Shown: positions 1 to 9,607 of the stretch, one piece after another
How positions within the stretch are numbered: position 1 is the stretch's first letter
Layout of the letters: each line of letters opens with the position of its first letter
Virus record (IMG/VR): IMGVR_UViG_3300034355_000809
Length of the DNA stretch: 64,000 nucleotides
Source of the DNA: a virus
Strand: one strand, 5' to 3'
Program-made: the position numbers and the translations under genes
Notes under the pieces: generated by a model
Databases searched by the model: none
Told to the model about the DNA's origin: nothing
What the model saw: the letters and a program-made list of their open reading frames with translations, nothing else

Positions 1-66
1 CCCACTGTAACGATGACTACTTTGTTAAATGGAGCTGTATCTCTCCAAGACTGTAATTGTTTCATG
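1..66 (-). CDS. 5' part of a hypothetical protein running off the window edge
   Basis: ATG at 66 preceded by AAAGGAG; reads MKQLQSWRDTAPFNKVVIVTVG... to the edge. Confidence 0.55.
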
Positions 67-596
67 ATTGCTCCTTTGAGAATTGTAATTATAATAATAA
101 AATTTCAGTATCAGTTCGCCGCATGAAAACATGTTGCTGTAGTGTAATACTTATAGAGGAGGATATACTTAAGAGGGGGGAAATAGATCCCCATAGGGGG
201 TTACCATCATCAGGAAGTTATCCAGTGCTATATCTCATCGATATTAGGCATTAGATGAGTACACATGCTGTATTGGGTGTACACAAGTGTACCGGTAGAT
301 AGATGTATATGCTTTTATAGATGTTGTACTGGGTCCCCCCCTGCGAGAGTCCCCAAACAGTGGTTCTGTTAACAAAAATCTATAATAGATCTATATATCT
401 ACTATTATAATAATAATGACCCCTTAGCATGTATGTAGTGGTATTGTGATATACCTAGCATTTGTATCTCTGGGAGATAGTTCTTATTTTGCGGCGATCT
501 GGAATCTATTATTAAAATAAAGATAGATGCCGGCAGAAAATAAAAAGCTAGTATAGGCCCAACCACTAAGCCCATACTAGCTATCAGATGCAGATA

Positions 597-812
597 TCAA
601 ACTGGAAGGTCTACATTATACATTCGTTTAAAGTCTCGTCTCATGGGATGCAGAGCGGACTCTGTGCCATGAGTTGTGTACATGGGTCCTTCGATAGTTG
701 AAGGGGGTACTATCTTCCAGACCCCTGATTTACTCCGATTTACTTTAAAGCCTAACCGGTTTAACTCGGTTAGAACCTTCTTCATTGCTGAAGATTGATG
801 TTGGCGAGGCAT
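597..812 (-). CDS. HicA-like small protein (dsRBD-like fold)
   Basis: Likely start ATG 812 after GAAGGAG; LTELNRLGFKVNRSKSGVWKIVPP...TTHGT...MRRDFKR resembles the HicA pattern but lacks the GSH histidine. Confidence 0.5.
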   Translation of the reverse strand: MPRQHQSSAMKKVLTELNRLGFKVNRSKSGVWKIVPPSTIEGPMYTTHGTESALHPMRRDFKRMYNVDLPV

Positions 813-1159
813 GCTCGTATTCTCCTTCGGTTGAACTTGCATTTTTACCTGACTCATATATGTTATCACGTATATTAGCAGGATGCAACTCACCTACGGG
901 AATATTTCGCGGACTCCAGCACGAACAAAAAAGTTCGGCTGTCGCCGCTCTAGTAAGAAAAAAAGGGGGATACTACCGTACAGTCCATTATAGACATATA
1001 CGATAGTATCCACTCCTGTTCATCAACTATAAGTTATTATAACTTTGTATGAAGTTTAAAAAGGGCATGATTGTGATAGTTCGTTGAGTGTCCCCTGATT
1101 GTCAGCGCTTCTCGTCTGATATATCAGGGGACAACAACTATGTTAGGTGCAAGACCTAG

Positions 1160-2161
1160 TTAGAATGGCATCTCATCAGTTGCAGCAGGTGCTACAGTTG
1201 CTGAAGAGTTTGCCTGAGCCGAGTTAGACCAGAGGTCACAAGGAACATCAGTGCCATTTACAACCATGGTAAAGCGACCACAAGGGGCGTTTACTGGATC
1301 ATAGATGTCCTGCTTTTCCTGTGCACCAGATGGTGTAACCTGAATGCGTTGCTGACTGCCCGACCAGTTGGAAACCCATTGGCGTGAGAGCTGCAAGAGC
1401 TTCTGACGCTTCTCTTCGGCTTCCTTGATCTTAGCTTGGCTGAGTGTTTCCATCTTCTCACCAAGTACATGTGCTTGCAAACGCAAACCATATACACGTT
1501 GGAAGGTGTCAACTGCAGCATCAACAAGATTCAAGAAGCCTTGATTTGTGCGGGACTTACTACGGTCAGTGGTGCCGAGCTCAAATGAGTTCAATGCAAC
1601 ACCAGTCTTATGCTGATAGGCAGCAACAATGCGACCCGGGGTTTCAATACGACCAGTAACGTCAACTGCGCCTGCAGCCTTGAATGCGTTAATAGCGTGC
1701 TTGAATCCATCTTCGTTAGCACCGAACTGCTGGAAGAACAATGGCATACCGTTTGCGAAGTTCATGCCCAAGCTACCAAGGCTTGCTACGAACTTGTCAC
1801 GGTCTACAATTTTACCAGAATCAGTCAAGAAGCTGTGCAAGAGATCAATAATGTTGATTTCCTGTCCTTCGTTGGTGATGCTGATGTCCATCTTTACTGG
1901 GTTCATAACGCCAGTTACAAGATAGTATTCTTTACCAGTGTATGGGCTTTGCTGACGAAGAACCGAAAGGCGGCTCAACGAAGCTTCTTTCAAAGTGACA
2001 GATGATGGAACTTCTACTCCATTGATGCTGCCTTTGAAGTTTGTTTTCTTGCCTACAACAAGAGTCTGAGTCCGAGAAGTGGACTGCAGGCTATCGATGT
2101 TTTCAGCAACTTGCGCAAACAAGTTACTGTCAAGATTGAATTTGTCTGTTAGAGTTGACAA
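1160..2161 (-). CDS. hypothetical protein with SSB-like acidic C-terminal tip
   Basis: 333-aa ORF ending ...TDEMPF; followed by a hairpin (GTCCCCTGAT...ATCAGGGGAC, about 1090-1132). Confidence 0.75.
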   Translation of the reverse strand: MSTLTDKFNLDSNLFAQVAENIDSLQSTSRTQTLVVGKKTNFKGSINGVEVPSSVTLKEASLSRLSVLRQQSPYTGKEYYLVTGVMNPVKMDISITNEGQEINIIDLLHSFLTDSGKIVDRDKFVASLGSLGMNFANGMPLFFQQFGANEDGFKHAINAFKAAGAVDVTGRIETPGRIVAAYQHKTGVALNSFELGTTDRSKSRTNQGFLNLVDAAVDTFQRVYGLRLQAHVLGEKMETLSQAKIKEAEEKRQKLLQLSRQWVSNWSGSQQRIQVTPSGAQEKQDIYDPVNAPCGRFTMVVNGTDVPCDLWSNSAQANSSATVAPAATDEMPF

Positions 2162-2235
2162 TTTATTAACCTATCTTTCTATGTGATAATTGTGTATAAG
2201 GTGATTTGTAATTGGGTTGTTAGACCCTTCTTTTT

Positions 2236-2385
2236 TTAGTTGCTGGAAGACTTAACACCATCAACGAATGCATCTTTGAGCGACTTGCTCTTGTTTGCAG
2301 TCTTGGTTGGTGCGTTCTTTACAATTTTGAACGTCTTGCCAGTGATTTTGCCTGTTGTCTTTGCTAATTTGTCTGAAATTGACAT
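2236..2385 (-). CDS. small basic hypothetical protein (49 aa)
   Basis: AAGGAG + ATG 2385; MSISDKLAKTTGKITGKTFKIVK...; below the ORF-track cutoff. Confidence 0.65.
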   Translation of the reverse strand: MSISDKLAKTTGKITGKTFKIVKNAPTKTANKSKSLKDAFVDGVKSSSN

Positions 2386-2779
2386 TATTGCTCCTTGTGT
2401 TAGTGTGTGAATAATTAGTTATTATTGTGTTTCATTGTTATTAAAGATAAGTTCAAACATATCCTGAAATATCTGTATTAACCAGTCGATCATGAGTCAC
2501 CCCCTTCGCCCTTCTTTTCTGAACGAACTTTAGAAGTGACCCATGAAAGACTGATAACTTTAATTCCATCCACCGTTAGTCGGATGATAGTTTCTTGAGC
2601 TTAGTCTTTGGTTTTGTTTTGTTAGAAGAACTAGATAACCAGTTACGAACATTGCATAACAGGTTACAAAGCCTAGAAAGAATGCTAACATTGTTATTTT
2701 CTCCTTAGTTTATAGGTTAAGCCGGCAACAATAAAAGCTATTGTTGTTACGACTGAGCCGATAGTGATTTTCTTTTTCA

Positions 2780-3091
2780 TTAGATACTGTCGCTTTTTGA
2801 TTCTGCAGTAATCCAACCTTCAACCATTTGTGCATACATGTCTACGACTTGCTTAGCTCGAGCAAACGAGTTAATAGCCGGCATGTGATACGTTAAATGA
2901 TCTGAAGAATCTGGTGAATCACCACTTGGACTTTGGATATGCATTTCTATTTCTACTGACATATCACTGAATTGTTCTGCTTTGAACGAAGAGATCATGC
3001 CTTTAGGTAGTGAATGACCACTGCGGTTATACACCATGAATCCATAAGCACGCCACCCTTCATCTTGAGTTTCGAATTTTTCTATTCTCAT
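2780..3091 (-). CDS. hypothetical protein
   Basis: 103-aa ORF with AAGGAG upstream, within a run of small minus-strand ORFs. Confidence 0.7.
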   Translation of the reverse strand: MRIEKFETQDEGWRAYGFMVYNRSGHSLPKGMISSFKAEQFSDMSVEIEMHIQSPSGDSPDSSDHLTYHMPAINSFARAKQVVDMYAQMVEGWITAESKSDSI

Positions 3092-3543
3092 GCTACTTTC
3101 TCCTTATTTGTGTAGTGATTGATCATTTCTTGCATTTTGTCACTCATTTTAGGTACGTTAAGTCGTTGGTTTACCTTAGCTTGTTGTGTTGCGCGGATAA
3201 AACCTACAATCATACCTGCTATGATATTAAAAGTAAGATAACCATAGAATAGTTTCTTGTAATTCATTAGTTACCTCCCATTGACTTGTTGAATATCCTG
3301 CGAATCCATACCATCATGGTAAGTCCGCCGGCAATAAACGATGTTAAAGCTAACATTGTTGATTTCATTGTTGATTCTCCAATATGTTGTCGATTTGATC
3401 TTCTAATTTTGTAATACGGTCATGTAGTTTGGCAATCATATTGTTCTGTGATTCACAGATACCAATGAGTGCTTCTGTACGCTTATTCATTTCTTTTGCT
3501 ACATCAATAACTGTGTAGTTGATTTTGTCTGGATCTAGCATAA

Positions 3544-3738
3544 TTATTGTCCTTTCTTTTCTGAGTAATATTCGATTGATATATCACGGTTACATGCACT
3601 GCAGAATGTGCCACGTGAATCATGATCTTCGAAATAAAGCTCATGTTTATTACAGTCGTGGTTGTTTCTATTGTAGCGAATGATTCCGCGAACAAAGATT
3701 GCTGAAATAACAATCATTATAATAATTGGTAGTATCAC
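3544..3738 (-). CDS. small membrane protein with a Cys/His metal-binding motif
   Basis: N-terminal hydrophobic helix, then HDCNKH...CSAC. Confidence 0.6.
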   Translation of the reverse strand: MILPIIIMIVISAIFVRGIIRYNRNNHDCNKHELYFEDHDSRGTFCSACNRDISIEYYSEKKGQ

Positions 3739-3986
3739 TTTTGCTCCTCTATTTGTTTTTGGATATTGTCTAATTTGCCGGCAATATTAAGCATTGATGC
3801 TGTAAGACGGCTTACGTTGAATTCACTTGTAAATCCATGCTCTAGGTTTAGAACACGGATATCAACAGCTAGTTCATCTAGTTGTTGTACTACTCGTTTG
3901 ATATCTATTTCTGGCATGATGCTCCCTTGTTGGTTGTGGACGGTATATTGATACAACGCTTTTCCTGCATATACCAGACAGTACAA
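3735..3986 (-). CDS. hypothetical protein (true start probably MPEID, about 3917)
   Basis: Coiled-coil-like ORF; AAGGGAG precedes the internal ATG. Confidence 0.55.
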   Translation of the reverse strand: MYCLVYAGKALYQYTVHNQQGSIMPEIDIKRVVQQLDELAVDIRVLNLEHGFTSEFNVSRLTASMLNIAGKLDNIQKQIEEQK

Positions 3987-4516
3987 TAATGTCGCCCTTG
4001 TACCAGTGGCCTAGGCTATCCTAAATGTTTAAGAGTGGCTATAGCTCCACTGTTCATTGTCAGCTTTACACCGGTAGAACGACCGTATGTATATATAAGT
4101 GTTGACTACTCAGCCTGATTCGACATCCATTGGTTTACAGGCTACCAGTACATAGGCTTTTATATGTGTCCTATGATTATTTACACAGATCGTGAGACCC
4201 TTCTTTTCCCAGTTTGGGGTTTAGAATCTAAAAATAAAAAAAATATAATAAGATAGAGCCGGCATAGCAACCACACTATACCGACCCTACCTTATGGTAC
4301 TAGGGAGGCAAAAACTTGAAATCTTGGTTCTATAGGAAAAAAGGGTAAGCCCCGCGTGAGCAGTCCAAACCAGAAGACTGGGCGCGAGGTACGAAGTACC
4401 GAGGCAAGTGTGAACACGTCCCGAAGGGGCGGGTGAGCACTTGCGAAAAAAAGGGGGATTCCCCAAAGGAATACTCGTTAGAGCACTCCAATGGGGAAAT
4501 CCCGAGAGTCTTACCG

Positions 4517-4942
4517 TCAGAACGGTTGGTCACCAGCAACTACGGTAGGGGCTTCAACGCGCTTAGCGTCAAAGTTCTCCGCATACTTACGGGCCTCATC
4601 AGTTACCACAATGGCAACTGGCTTGAGTGCTTCCTGAGCAGGAGCCTCCACAGTGATGTTACCACCGAGAAACAACTGACGCTTAGGCACCTTCAACTCA
4701 ACCAACAGGCCAGTAGCCATATCGGTGTAAGTTGTCTGGACCTTGGACGCAGGTTGAACTTGCTCAACCAACAAGGTCATACCTTCCCGCAGACTGGATG
4801 CGGTGGCGTTAGGAAGCCAAGCCCACTCACGAACGCCGTCACGCGTAAGGAATGAAATGCTGGTTGCCTTAGGGCCGGGAGAGTTAATCCCAGCAACTAC
4901 GAGTTGAACTGCCGTAGTCGCAGTGTTGAGCGTCTCGCTCAT
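4517..4942 (-). CDS. hypothetical beta-rich protein with SSB-like C-terminal tip (possible OB fold)
   Basis: AAGGAGG SD; ends ...AGDQPF; followed by a GC-rich hairpin and T-run at about 4446-4503. Confidence 0.7.
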   Translation of the reverse strand: MSETLNTATTAVQLVVAGINSPGPKATSISFLTRDGVREWAWLPNATASSLREGMTLLVEQVQPASKVQTTYTDMATGLLVELKVPKRQLFLGGNITVEAPAQEALKPVAIVVTDEARKYAENFDAKRVEAPTVVAGDQPF

Positions 4943-5055
4943 AATCTACCTCCTTGGTAGGTTAGTGGTTGTGGAACCCACGGTTGTGAGTCCCTTCTTT
5001 TCCCAATAAGGGAAACTTGGACCAGTTTAGAGACTTGGTCAAGGTCTGCCGATAA

Positions 5056-5193
5056 TCAGTCGGCTGAGTGCACCGCAAAAGGGTTGAACTCAGGAATAGA
5101 GGCTGTAACTTGTACAAGCAAGTCCCGTGCAGCATCAAAGGATGCAACAGCAGAATCAAGCCGTTCGCGAACAGCCACGGTTGGATGTGTCAT
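5056..5193 (-). CDS. small hypothetical protein (45 aa)
   Basis: MTHPTVAVRERLDSAVASFDAARDLLVQV...; below the ORF-track cutoff. Confidence 0.5.
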   Translation of the reverse strand: MTHPTVAVRERLDSAVASFDAARDLLVQVTASIPEFNPFAVHSAD

Positions 5194-5393
5194 GGTAGTA
5201 TACCCCCAGTATGTGAGTGAAAGAGCACGAGCCCTTCTTTTCCCAGTAAAGTCTGACGCAGTTAGTCATACTTTGTACGAGCAAAATATAAGTAACCACG
5301 GCAGAGTCTGTAACAGAGTTTAGAAGAGACCAAAGGCTCCCCCAAACTCCCCCGCCTCGTTTAGAAGCTTCAGCATGGGGAGATCTATTGGGG

Positions 5394-8300
5394 TCAGCTT
5401 ATAATAAAGCGCTGGTATGCACGAATCAACCAGTCAATTGGTAGTGCATTCAACTCTGGGTCCACTACAAACAACCACTTGTCATGATTACCCATAGGCT
5501 TGGCAGTCTTGGCAATGAAGCCTTGACGGAACAGACGGAGCATCTTGCGGTCTGTGTATGCCTCACCCTTCTCTTTATCACTCTTCTCAAGAGTTTCTAC
5601 CAGCTTCTTGGCCCAGTCCTTGGTTGTTCCGTCTGCAGTTACAGCATAGAACCACTGAGTGATTTGAGCAAATTCAGTTGCTGCAAGCTTACGTTCCTCG
5701 TTGTCCATGGCCATGTTGGCAATGCATGCTGGCATATATGGAGTGTTTGCCCATTCAAGCAATTCCTTGTAAGCTGCACGTACAATTGCCTCACGTACTT
5801 GCATCATCTCAAGAATTGGAGAGTTCTCCTTATCAGCCACAAATGAGAAGTTCTTGCCCCAATACTTGAATTCAATACCAACGCGCATAGGTACACGCTT
5901 TGACTTAATCCAGTACTGGTCAATACGTCCACCAGTAGATACCATCCACCTCTTGATTTCACGATAGAACTCATCACCAGACTCAGAGATAAGCTTCATG
6001 TCACCTGGTGTACCAAGGCCTTGCTGCACAGCGTCAATGATCTGCTCGTTGGATACAAGCTGGTCAGTGATTACTTTACCGGTAATTGCATAGGTCAGCA
6101 TCTTAGGGAGTACTGTTGCACCGGTACCACCAGGCATTGCAGATGCAGACTTACGCATGCGTACCTCGTCTTCAATACTGTACACATCACCAATCTCAAG
6201 TGTCGATGCTCCTGGCAACTCTTCAAATGAGTAGTTGATCCTGTTATTCTTCAACATGTTGCTGAGCTGCTCAACCTTAGCCCTGAGCTCTGCCTCAATC
6301 ACAGTTGGCACATTGCCGTATGTGTGATAGCAGTGTTCAACTTCACTAGGAGCTACTGGAATAGCACTCCATTCACCAAAGTCGTTAGGGTTACGCATAA
6401 GCAATGCCTTATAAGAACGCTTACCTTCTGCATTCACAAAGTCACGGATCATTACGTTGATCGAGTCATCCAAGTCAGGACCACCGTGGTTAGGATAGTT
6501 CTCTACAAAGAATTCACCTGGTACCACAAAGCAGTGTGTCTTATCATGGTAGAAGCCCTGCATACCTTTATTATTAAACTTGTATCCAAAGATTTCAAGT
6601 ACTTCACGAGTCATGATGTGTGCACGATATGCAAATGGCACTGGCATACGAGTACCAACACCACGCTGAGTTGCAGCATCACCTTCAGGAACCATCTTAC
6701 CTTCTGGGGTAAGAATACCGAACATCATTGCCACACCACGAGCCTTGAGATACATAAGTAGCTGACTGGATTCAATACCAAGGCCAATCTCATTCAACTT
6801 ATCAGCAAGTTGGTCAATCCGCTTGATCATGGAGTTCTTGTTAGGGTTCATGTCATCTTCGTTATCGATGTTCATGGCAACTTCCTTCCTCCAATCAGAG
6901 TCTGAACCATTCTTGTAGTTGTCCACAAGTTCATTGAGTGCATTCTGAGTAGTTGACAACATGAGCCATGGATCAATCACACCCATTACATCACGATAGA
7001 TTGCCAGTGTAAGGTCGTCAGACATGAGTGGGAGCTTACCATAGCTAGCTTCTGCAGTTGCCCAATACCATCCATCAGTCTTGATCTCTGCCTTCACGTT
7101 TGGTGTAAAGGTACGGATGTCATAACCATTCATCATCTTGTCTGGCAACACGATGGCATTACCCTTGATTAACCCCTGTGGTGTGAGTACACGGAGTTGT
7201 ACGATGCTCATTTTACCAGACTCAACACGCTTGATCATAGCTTCTTTCCATTCATCAGATGCGTTCTGGTTGTTCTCGATCATATTGACCATGATAGTCC
7301 TGCTAACTGCACTGATGCCGTCAACATACTTTTCATCGACTCCAAGATCTGCTGGATCCATGATTTCAACATCAAGGTTATTGTAGAGTCCATACATGCA
7401 ACTCTGACGTGCAAATTCCTGTGAACGCTTGGCAAACTTCTTACTGTTACCAATAGTCAATCCAATCTTGTTGAATGCATCCAACCAACCATTATTATTA
7501 TTCACAATGATAGTGAACTGATGGTCTGCGGTTGACCAGCGGATTACTGTATCTGGTGTGATTTCATCCTCTGGCAATGGTGCAGCTGTGATAAGGCTAT
7601 GCTTGATGTTGCGAACCTCTACACGGTATCCTTGTGGGAAGAATGTGTCAAGGAATGCAAAGCTGTATGCACCCTGCTTAAATTCTTCTTTCACTGATGC
7701 ATCCATTCCTGTCAATGGCATTGTTGTAATTAACCTCATGTTACCTCCGATAACTTTCATACCGCCATCAATCATTGGGTCGCTATAACCCGATTCATAA
7801 GCAGCGGTCCTCCGTTGGATATATTCACGTGTGATCCCATACTTTGCACAAAGCTTGTCAAGCATAAGGGTGCACACATTCTTTTCTTCAGCAGGTGTGT
7901 TCTTGTGGTCTTCACGGCTCTTGATGCCCTTGATCTTTGACCACACCTTGTCTGATATTCCATCAACAGTTGTGACCTCCATCACCTCCTGCCAGATGTC
8001 CATATAATCGACAATTCCATGGAAGAATGTCTGTGTATTTCCTGGCACGTACATTGCTACCTCCTTCTTTGTTTGTTCGATGATTGTATTCATTGGTTTC
8101 TCTTCTTTCATTTGTTGTGGGTTGTTTGGTGTTTTAGGCATGTCTTTACCGCTTTCTCCTCCGTTGTCCTTCAAACTATCTCTAATTTCCATAAGCATTG
8201 CTCCTAGCATGTTTTTCCCGGTAACATCATTGCATACAGTTCCGCATATACATTGACCCCAGAAATTGTCGTGCCAAGTGTTGGTTTCAATTAGCTCAAC

Positions 8301-9581
8301 ATCTCCAGTTGCCAGTAGTTTGGCTGCAAGTTCAGTGCCAGGTTCAAACTTAATGACTAATGCATGCCGCATAACATCCATTTTAATTTCGTTCCAATCT
8401 TTGCGTATTGCAAATGTCCTTGCAAACTTCTTCGCCTCAAAGCCATTCATTGATTTGATTTGTTCTCTGATACTTTTATTTTCAGTTTTCATAGCCATAT
8501 AGAACGATTCAACACACTTGTATCCAACAATATCAACTGGATACATGTTCGACAGAAACTTGTATTCATCTTGCTTAAACATAGGTACAGCTTTCATATC
8601 TTTGTCCTTTTCTGTTGGGTTCATTGGTTCTACTGGGCCTTCGGTGTTCTTCATATTTCCTCCTTCAGGGTTGATAATAAATGTTTTAATTCCATTTGTT
8701 CTGCAATAGTTATAGCACTGTGCAGTACCTCTGCTTGTAGGGTTATATACCCACACCACATCAGCACGGTCAGCCATCCATTCATTGCGTACAAAGTTTG
8801 AGTGCTTGCCATCAACATAGATGTTCTTACCACATACATAGTGGACAGCACCTGTGTTGTTTGCATAACGAGCCAGCTCCTGGAATGTATCCATGCGGTC
8901 AATCTTAAGCACTGAGTTATTGCGCCAGTAGTAGGCAGAGTAGCCTTTGTTAGGAATTGCTGCAATGAGTGTTACTCCAACGCACATAGCTGCACGTGCA
9001 AGAACTTCATCAAAGCCTTCTGCCATTCCAGAGATAACAACCAGATTGTCACCGTGCTTAGCCTTGGCCTGTGTGAGCAGGTCGATAAGGTACTCTTCTA
9101 CCTTGTTCATCTTGTCTTCATCATTGACGAGAGACCGTGATCCAGTCCCTGCAATTACGAACTTGCCATCAAGTTGTGGCATATCTGATACTTTCATTAC
9201 CTTCTCCTTTGGTTGTGGTTGTGGTTTCATTACTTGCTCCTTTGGTTGTGGGTTTGGTTGTGATTTCATGTTCTCTTCCTCGCTTTCGTTGTGGTAGTTT
9301 TTAATAAGTTGAGCCAACAATTCACCTGAGTAAACATACGCATGCAAATTTCCATTGCTTTCAAGCTTGTATATATCACCCATTTTCTCACACACTGCAA
9401 ATCGAATACCTTCAGTGTAGATCTGCCTGTACTCTTCAACACTGCACTGCCAGAATACATCTTCGTCATGCCATTTAATAATGGTGTTGGTTGTTGTTGG
9501 TGTTGACATTGCTGCTACCTCCTTGGTAGTTGTTGGGTTGTTGTTTAATTGAATATTCATTGGTTCATCTCCCTCTTGCAT
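5394..9581 (-). CDS. multidomain protein: SLOG (YspA/DUF1273-like) + NADAR + DUF2786-like + single-subunit two-barrel (YonO/RdRP-like) RNA polymerase
   Basis: SLOG: VIAGTGSR, VISGMAEGFD, RNEWMAD, RGTAQC. NADAR: FLSNMYP, VESFYMAMK, RKDWNEIK, LIETNTWHDNFWG, GKNMLGAMLMEIR. Polymerase-like: DGISAVS, QLRVLTPQGLIKG, GGPDLDD, LMRNP. Confidence 0.75.
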   Translation of the reverse strand: MQEGDEPMNIQLNNNPTTTKEVAAMSTPTTTNTIIKWHDEDVFWQCSVEEYRQIYTEGIRFAVCEKMGDIYKLESNGNLHAYVYSGELLAQLIKNYHNESEEENMKSQPNPQPKEQVMKPQPQPKEKVMKVSDMPQLDGKFVIAGTGSRSLVNDEDKMNKVEEYLIDLLTQAKAKHGDNLVVISGMAEGFDEVLARAAMCVGVTLIAAIPNKGYSAYYWRNNSVLKIDRMDTFQELARYANNTGAVHYVCGKNIYVDGKHSNFVRNEWMADRADVVWVYNPTSRGTAQCYNYCRTNGIKTFIINPEGGNMKNTEGPVEPMNPTEKDKDMKAVPMFKQDEYKFLSNMYPVDIVGYKCVESFYMAMKTENKSIREQIKSMNGFEAKKFARTFAIRKDWNEIKMDVMRHALVIKFEPGTELAAKLLATGDVELIETNTWHDNFWGQCICGTVCNDVTGKNMLGAMLMEIRDSLKDNGGESGKDMPKTPNNPQQMKEEKPMNTIIEQTKKEVAMYVPGNTQTFFHGIVDYMDIWQEVMEVTTVDGISDKVWSKIKGIKSREDHKNTPAEEKNVCTLMLDKLCAKYGITREYIQRRTAAYESGYSDPMIDGGMKVIGGNMRLITTMPLTGMDASVKEEFKQGAYSFAFLDTFFPQGYRVEVRNIKHSLITAAPLPEDEITPDTVIRWSTADHQFTIIVNNNNGWLDAFNKIGLTIGNSKKFAKRSQEFARQSCMYGLYNNLDVEIMDPADLGVDEKYVDGISAVSRTIMVNMIENNQNASDEWKEAMIKRVESGKMSIVQLRVLTPQGLIKGNAIVLPDKMMNGYDIRTFTPNVKAEIKTDGWYWATAEASYGKLPLMSDDLTLAIYRDVMGVIDPWLMLSTTQNALNELVDNYKNGSDSDWRKEVAMNIDNEDDMNPNKNSMIKRIDQLADKLNEIGLGIESSQLLMYLKARGVAMMFGILTPEGKMVPEGDAATQRGVGTRMPVPFAYRAHIMTREVLEIFGYKFNNKGMQGFYHDKTHCFVVPGEFFVENYPNHGGPDLDDSINVMIRDFVNAEGKRSYKALLMRNPNDFGEWSAIPVAPSEVEHCYHTYGNVPTVIEAELRAKVEQLSNMLKNNRINYSFEELPGASTLEIGDVYSIEDEVRMRKSASAMPGGTGATVLPKMLTYAITGKVITDQLVSNEQIIDAVQQGLGTPGDMKLISESGDEFYREIKRWMVSTGGRIDQYWIKSKRVPMRVGIEFKYWGKNFSFVADKENSPILEMMQVREAIVRAAYKELLEWANTPYMPACIANMAMDNEERKLAATEFAQITQWFYAVTADGTTKDWAKKLVETLEKSDKEKGEAYTDRKMLRLFRQGFIAKTAKPMGNHDKWLFVVDPELNALPIDWLIRAYQRFIIS

Positions 9582-9607
9582 TACTCGACCCCTTTCTTGG
9601 CGCTACA

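Noticed and set aside
130-590. ORF 57-254 and a possible replication origin in the AT-rich gap
   Set aside because: The ORF is antisense to the local gene direction with no SD, and I found no iterons or other support for an origin.
4330-4855. ORFs 4433-4855 (+) and 4330-4539 (-)
   Set aside because: They overlap the SD-supported gene 4517-4942 and its terminator-like hairpins.
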